From Escherichia coli (GTDB lineage: Bacteria > Pseudomonadota > Gammaproteobacteria > Enterobacterales > Enterobacteriaceae): DNA of 525 bases. The stretch's first letter is position 1; every line of letters begins with the position of its first letter. The notes beneath the pieces are model-generated. The model made no database searches. It was given only the letters and a program-made list of their open reading frames with translations, and was not told the DNA's origin. This document shows, piece after piece, positions 1-525 of this stretch. The position numbers and the translations under genes were made by a program. Location of the stretch: assembly GCF_003334385.1 (NCBI RefSeq), contig NZ_QOWN01000170.1; one strand, given 5' to 3'.

Positions 1-525
1 CGGAAGGGGTGATACGGATGCACGACGAGCGGACCCACCACTACGACAGCCAGCACCGCCTGGTGTTCTACACGCGGATACAGCACGGCGAACCACAGGT
101 GGAGAGCCGGTACCTCTATGACCCGCTGGGCCGCCGGACGGGAAAACGGGTATGGCGGCGGGAGCGTGACCTGACGGGGTGGATGTCGCTGTCGCGTAAA
201 CCGGAGGTGACATGGTACGGGTGGGACGGTGACAGGCTGACGACGGTACAGACCGGCACCACGCGTATCCAGACGGTATACCAGCCGGGGAGCTTCACGC
301 CGCTCATCAGAATCGAAACAGAGAATGGCGAACAGGCGAAGGCGCGGCACCGGAGCCTGGCGGAGGTGTTGCAGGAGGACACGGGTGTGACGCTCCCGGC
401 GGAGCTGGCGGTGATGCTGGGGAGGCTGGAGCGGGAACTGCGCGCGGGAGCGGTGAGTGCGGAGAGTGAGGCATGGCTTGCGCAGTGCGGGCTGACGGCG
501 GAACAGATGGCCGCGCAGATGGAGG
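1..525 (+). CDS. Rhs-family YD-repeat protein, internal fragment of the conserved core (partial at both ends; reading frame begins at position 3)
   Basis: Frame +3 is open across the entire window (174 sense codons, no stop). The translation contains YD-repeat motifs ([33 protein letters not shown]) and the stretch [24 protein letters not shown]...[18 protein letters not shown], which I recall as closely matching the E. coli Rhs core; this is memory, not a search. Third codon positions are strongly G/C-biased (about 83% by my manual count, G-ending codons dominant), which supports this frame as coding. Internal ATGs (18-20, 183-185, 414-416, 507-509, 519-521) are not starts because the frame is open upstream to the window edge. 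I cannot tell which paralog (rhsA/B/C/D-like) from this fragment, so no gene symbol is given. Confidence 0.9.
39..71 (+). repeat. Degenerate YD-repeat (Rhs repeat) motif, protein level: [11 protein letters not shown]
   Basis: In-frame peptide [11 protein letters not shown] fits the loose YD-repeat consensus (YD followed a few residues later by R-L-hydrophobic). It is a protein motif, not a nucleotide repeat. Confidence 0.55.
108..140 (+). repeat. YD-repeat (Rhs repeat) motif, protein level: [11 protein letters not shown]
   Basis: In-frame peptide [11 protein letters not shown] is a near-exact match to the Rhs/YD consensus RYxYDxxGRL(T). This is the best-conserved repeat in the window. Confidence 0.75.
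213..245 (+). repeat. Degenerate YD-repeat motif, protein level: [11 protein letters not shown]
   Basis: In-frame peptide [11 protein letters not shown] is a YxYDxxxRLT variant with Y replaced by W; the same aromatic-x-aromatic-D ... RL(T) register as the other two motifs. Confidence 0.6.

Noticed and set aside
18-20. ATG at 18-20 as a possible start codon of the + strand gene
   Set aside because: The frame is open upstream to the window edge and the preceding codons continue sensibly, so this is an internal methionine; the true start is upstream of the window.
203-232. Shine-Dalgarno-like GGAGG (203-207) followed 4 nt later by ATG (212-214) in frame +2
   Set aside because: The spacing is too short for an efficient ribosome-binding site, and the frame +2 ORF ends after 6 codons at TGA 230-232. 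GGAGG here is just the in-frame codons for Pro-Glu-Val of the Rhs protein.
116-382. The 88-aa minus-strand ORF from the supplied six-frame track ([88 protein letters not shown])
   Set aside because: It lies wholly antisense to a strongly supported, conserved Rhs reading frame. Its Arg/Ser/Pro/Cys-rich composition is what the reverse complement of a GC-rich gene with G/C-biased third positions produces. Long stop-free antisense frames are expected by chance in roughly 66% GC DNA, and it resembles no protein family I recognise.
341-460. GC-rich recurring short strings (GGCGG, GGAGCTGGCGG, CGGAGCCTGGCGGAGG, GGAGG) that could suggest a tandem repeat or regulatory array
   Set aside because: They are imperfect and irregularly spaced, and are explained by repeated Ala/Glu/Arg/Leu codons (GCG, GAG, CGG, CTG) within the coding frame. 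There are no spacer-repeat units consistent with CRISPR and no perfect direct or inverted repeats.
1-525. Claim that the window contains a novel, previously undescribed system
   Set aside because: Everything visible is conserved Rhs core sequence. Novelty in Rhs loci lies in the C-terminal tip, immunity gene and accessory genes, none of which are inside this window, so the claim cannot be supported from these 525 bases.

Overview
The whole 525-bp window is an internal fragment of one protein-coding gene on the + strand, open at both ends (codon phase 3: first full codon 3-5, last 522-524, no stop codon in 174 codons). The translation ([174 protein letters not shown]) carries degenerate YD-repeat motifs and, from memory, closely resembles the conserved core of enterobacterial Rhs proteins (E. 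coli RhsA/B/C type). Rhs proteins are polymorphic toxins, but the parts that would carry any novelty (C-terminal toxin tip, immunity gene, flanking genes) are not in this window. I see no RNA gene, CRISPR array, mobile-element terminus, promoter or terminator. The single ORF in the supplied track (minus strand, 116..382) looks like an antisense shadow of the Rhs frame. I cannot support a claim of a new system from this fragment alone.
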